This document shows, piece by piece, positions 60,907 to 64,000 of a stretch of 64,000 nucleotides of DNA. How positions within the stretch are numbered: position 1 is the first letter of the stretch; each line of letters starts with the position of its first letter. The stretch lies in contig CAVSLC010000023.1 of assembly GCA_963728565.1 (NCBI GenBank), forward strand, positions 32,001 through 96,000, given 5' to 3'. This stretch comes from an uncultured delta proteobacterium. Lineage in GTDB: Bacteria; Desulfobacterota; Binatia; UBA9968. Below the pieces are notes generated by a model. The model saw nothing but the letters and a program-made list of their open reading frames with translations, did no database searches and was not told where the DNA came from. The translations under genes were made by a program, and so were the position numbers.

Positions 60907-62367
60907 ATGGTTGCAGGACAAAAAAAATCCTGGTGGAAAACTTGTTTGGTGCTTGTGCTCGTGTTCGTTGCTGTCGGAGGCACGATCGGCTGGTATAAAT
61001 TCCTCCGTGAGGAGCCGCAACCTAGCTGGGTGACCGCGACACCCGACATGCGCTTTAAATACGGCTCCATCGGCGCGGAGCACGACGCCGGCATACCGTA
61101 CTGGATCTTCTTCGTACTCCCGCGCATGTTTCCGGAAAAGCTGCCGGGGCCTGGCGGTTACGCTTCCTTGGGAGTCGCGTGGGAGCAGGGTCAGGAGCTG
61201 CCGATCGGTTTCACTAAAAAAGTGATCGGCTTTCCACGCGTGGCTAATAACTGCGCCTCATGCCACACCGCCAGCTATCGTAAGAGCGCCGATGAAAATC
61301 CCGTGTTTGTGCCGGCGGGGCCCAATCACACGCTCAATCTGCAGGCTTTTTTCCGCTTCGTCGTGGACTGCGCCAGGGATCCGCGCTTCAACGCCGATGA
61401 GATCATGAGCGAAATCGCGCTGGTTTATGAGTTGCCGCTGTTGGATCGGCTGATTTATCGCTACGTGCTGATTCCGATCACCAAAAAGCGTTTGCTCGAA
61501 CGCGAAGCGCAATTCAAGTGGGTGTATCACGAGGAGTTCCCGTTGTGGGGCCGGGGGCGCGATGATGCCATGAATCTCACCAAATATTTCCTACTCAACT
61601 GGCCGATGGACGATACGATTGGTCCTACCGACATGCCGTCGGTCTGGAACTTAAAAAAGTACCAGCCGGAGAAAGGCATGCTAATGAACCTTGCCGGTGA
61701 CAGCCATGATGCGCGTTCGGTGATCATCGATTCGGCCTTGGGGCTGCTCAATGCCGAGCCGCACGATCGCGACGATTTCATGGAGCAGATTGACTGGCTG
61801 GTGAAATACTTGAGCGAACTGCAGGCGCCAAAGTATCCATTCCCGATCAAGGCGGAACAGGTCAAAGTGGGCAAGACTATTTTTGATGCTAATTGCGCCA
61901 GTTGTCACGCGAGCGAGCGCACCGGCACCCGCGTGCCGGTTGAAGAGGTCGGCACGGATCGCGAGCGGCTAAAAACCTGGAGTAAGCAGGCAGCCATTGA
62001 GTCCAACAAAGTCGTGCGCAATTTCGGCATCGAGCGGCGCGGTCTGGTCGAAAATGAACCAAGTGGATACATCGCGCAATTCTTGGACGGCATCTGGCTG
62101 CGCGCGCCTTATCTGCACAACGGTTCGGTGCCGACTCTGCGCGATTTGCTCAAAGCGGTCGCCGAGCGGCCAAAGGTATTCTATCGCGGTTATGACGTTT
62201 ACGATCCGGAGAATGTCGGGTTCGTTAGTCAAGGTCCGGAGGCTCAACGAATCGGCACCAAATATGATGTCAGTGAACGCGCCAGCGGCAACCAGGGTCA
62301 CGAATTCGGCGTCAACTTGTCGGCCCCGGAAAAAGACGCGTTGATCGAATATCTGAAGAGCCTTTGA
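60907..62367 (+). CDS. RoxA-like di-haem cytochrome c, membrane-anchored paralogue
   Basis: N-terminal TM, CASCH twice, PSVWN, IWLRAPYLHNGSVPTL, GNQGHEFG. Confidence 0.88.
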   Translation: MVAGQKKSWWKTCLVLVLVFVAVGGTIGWYKFLREEPQPSWVTATPDMRFKYGSIGAEHDAGIPYWIFFVLPRMFPEKLPGPGGYASLGVAWEQGQELPIGFTKKVIGFPRVANNCASCHTASYRKSADENPVFVPAGPNHTLNLQAFFRFVVDCARDPRFNADEIMSEIALVYELPLLDRLIYRYVLIPITKKRLLEREAQFKWVYHEEFPLWGRGRDDAMNLTKYFLLNWPMDDTIGPTDMPSVWNLKKYQPEKGMLMNLAGDSHDARSVIIDSALGLLNAEPHDRDDFMEQIDWLVKYLSELQAPKYPFPIKAEQVKVGKTIFDANCASCHASERTGTRVPVEEVGTDRERLKTWSKQAAIESNKVVRNFGIERRGLVENEPSGYIAQFLDGIWLRAPYLHNGSVPTLRDLLKAVAERPKVFYRGYDVYDPENVGFVSQGPEAQRIGTKYDVSERASGNQGHEFGVNLSAPEKDALIEYLKSL

Positions 62368-62452
62368 GATTCGGTAAATCAAAACAGATCTATTGCCGAA
62401 AAGCTGGCCGATTCTTTGGAAGGGCAGCGTTGTGGTTGAGGAGAAACAAACA

Positions 62453-64000
62453 ATGGAAATCCGTCGTCTGAACCTTTCTGCGCTAGCAATACTCATCATC
62501 CTCGGCGCTGCCGGATGCGGAAAAGGATCGTCCGAACCCGGCTCGGTTAAGGACGAGGCGTTAACGGTTGGGCGCACTGCGGAAAGCTTGCCGGCTGCCG
62601 ATGAGGATTATTTCAAAGAAATGGATGGCGCGGTGGAACTCACGGCCAATGAGGTGAAGGGACGCAACAATTGGATTGTCTGGAGCGGTGGCAACGACCG
62701 CTTCTGGGATCACCTTGTTAGCGAGAGCTTTGGCGCGGTAGATCTACTAAAGATTCTTTCATCTCATCCCAACATCAAGCACCTGAGCCGGGACACCCGT
62801 TGGCGACAACTTGGCCTGGTTAACGAGCCCTGCTTTGATAAGCCACAGACCGCGAACAAAGATCGGTTCGGCCTGTGGCTGGATACGCGCCGCAAAGAGT
62901 GCCCGCCGGACCCGTTCGAAAACGAACAGAAGTACCCCGGCGTACAAATTGGCGCGCGCGGTAAGAACATTCCCGTGGGATCGTTGTACGGCTATGCGTC
63001 GGGAATCGTCGGCCTGCGCCTGTTTCCGAATCCGGACTTCGACGAAGCGGCGCAAAAGAAATGGGATGCGGAAAAATTTTATACCGACCCCGACTACTAT
63101 AACGATAAGAAGCTGATTCGTCCGTACCGGGTCGGCATGTCTTGCGGTTTTTGCCATGTCGGACCGAGTCCGGTTAAACCGCCGGCGGATCCGGAAAATC
63201 CCAAATGGGAAAACCTCAACTCGAATCCCGGCACCCAATATTTCTGGGTGGACCGGATTCTTTTCTGGGAAAAGGACGACGCGAATTTCATCCAGCAACT
63301 GCTCCATACGTCGTTGCCGGGTACTTTGGACACATCGTTTATTTCCACCGACTACATCAATAACCCGCGCACGATGAACGCCGTCTACAGCGTGGCGGCG
63401 CGTTTGAAGGCCGCCGAACGCTGGGGCGAGGAAAAACTCGCCGGAGGAGGAGTCAAGAACAAGCAGTTCCAGGACTTCAAGCAAACCGCGCCTTTGGCGC
63501 AGTACCATACACCGCCCGACACCGTCCGGACCCCGCGTATTTTGAAAGACGGCGCCGATTCCGTCGGCGTGCTCGGTGCGCTGAATCGTGTGTTCATCAA
63601 CATTGGGCTGTTCAGCGAGGAGTGGCTGCTGCACTTCAATGCTCTAGTAGGCGGCAAAAAAATCACGCCCATCAGGATTGAGGATGCCGAAAAAAATTCG
63701 AGCTACTGGAACGCGACCGTGGCCCAGACTCCGGATGTTGCGTTATTTTTCCTCAAGACGGCGCAGCCGGATCTGCTCAAGAATGCTCCGGGCGGCGAGC
63801 AATATCTGACCAAGGATCAAGCTCAGCTGGCCCGCGGCAAGACGGTGTTCGCGGAGACTTGCGCGCGCTGTCATTCGAGCAAGATTCCCGCAGCGCCGAG
63901 CGATATCGAGGAACGGGACTGGGAGCAATACTGGAAATGGACCAAGACCGACGACTTCAAGAAAAAAATGACCGAGATCGTGATGGCGGATGATTTTCTC
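62453..64000 (+). CDS. Large di-haem c lipoprotein (divergent RoxA-like), 3' end runs off the window
   Basis: Absent from the ORF track. Manual translation from ATG 62453 (GAGGAG RBS) stays open to the window end: lipobox AAGC, GMSCGFCH, PGTLDTS, RGKTVFAETCARCH. Confidence 0.85.
   Translation, partial: MEIRRLNLSALAILIILGAAGCGKGSSEPGSVKDEALTVGRTAESLPAADEDYFKEMDGAVELTANEVKGRNNWIVWSGGNDRFWDHLVSESFGAVDLLKILSSHPNIKHLSRDTRWRQLGLVNEPCFDKPQTANKDRFGLWLDTRRKECPPDPFENEQKYPGVQIGARGKNIPVGSLYGYASGIVGLRLFPNPDFDEAAQKKWDAEKFYTDPDYYNDKKLIRPYRVGMSCGFCHVGPSPVKPPADPENPKWENLNSNPGTQYFWVDRILFWEKDDANFIQQLLHTSLPGTLDTSFISTDYINNPRTMNAVYSVAARLKAAERWGEEKLAGGGVKNKQFQDFKQTAPLAQYHTPPDTVRTPRILKDGADSVGVLGALNRVFINIGLFSEEWLLHFNALVGGKKITPIRIEDAEKNSSYWNATVAQTPDVALFFLKTAQPDLLKNAPGGEQYLTKDQAQLARGKTVFAETCARCHSSKIPAAPSDIEERDWEQYWKWTKTDDFKKKMTEIVMADDFL

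Overview
Bacterial chromosomal window of moderately high GC content. The gene repertoire (five orphan NitT/TauT-type substrate-binding proteins, LLM, xanthine-dehydrogenase-family and cupin enzymes) resembles Candidatus Binatia/deltaproteobacterial MAGs; this is inference only. I found no rRNA, tRNA, CRISPR array, integrase or transposase. From left to right the window holds: a truncated MASE1-GAF-PAS sensor; an ECF sigma/anti-sigma/periplasmic-sensor trio upstream of macA-macB-tolC; SBP/VOC/bicupin genes; uvrB-uvrC-comEC; two type I gap paralogues with a PPi-PFK and CBS/USP/BON/DksA-like genes; an ECF42-DGPF pair; a three-subunit molybdo-hydroxylase; trpE-trpG plus a free-standing archaeal-type ThrRS editing domain; IclR/FadF-like/DUF192 genes; a divergent type II GAPDH-like gene; tldD-pmbA; and an uncharacterised operon at the right edge. 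The best candidate for an undescribed system is that operon (58699-64000): a small beta-rich protein followed by three tandem exported RoxA-like di-haem c proteins. Other features not shown by the ORF track: a complete, apparently leaderless trp attenuator (26-aa leader with WW); two ATGA-coupled mini-ORFs between macA and macB; and 9-bp-periodic GTTCAA/TTGAAC arrays that bracket intergenic regions. About 12 single-base insertions break 9 genes between 27 and 54 kb and are most likely long-read consensus errors.
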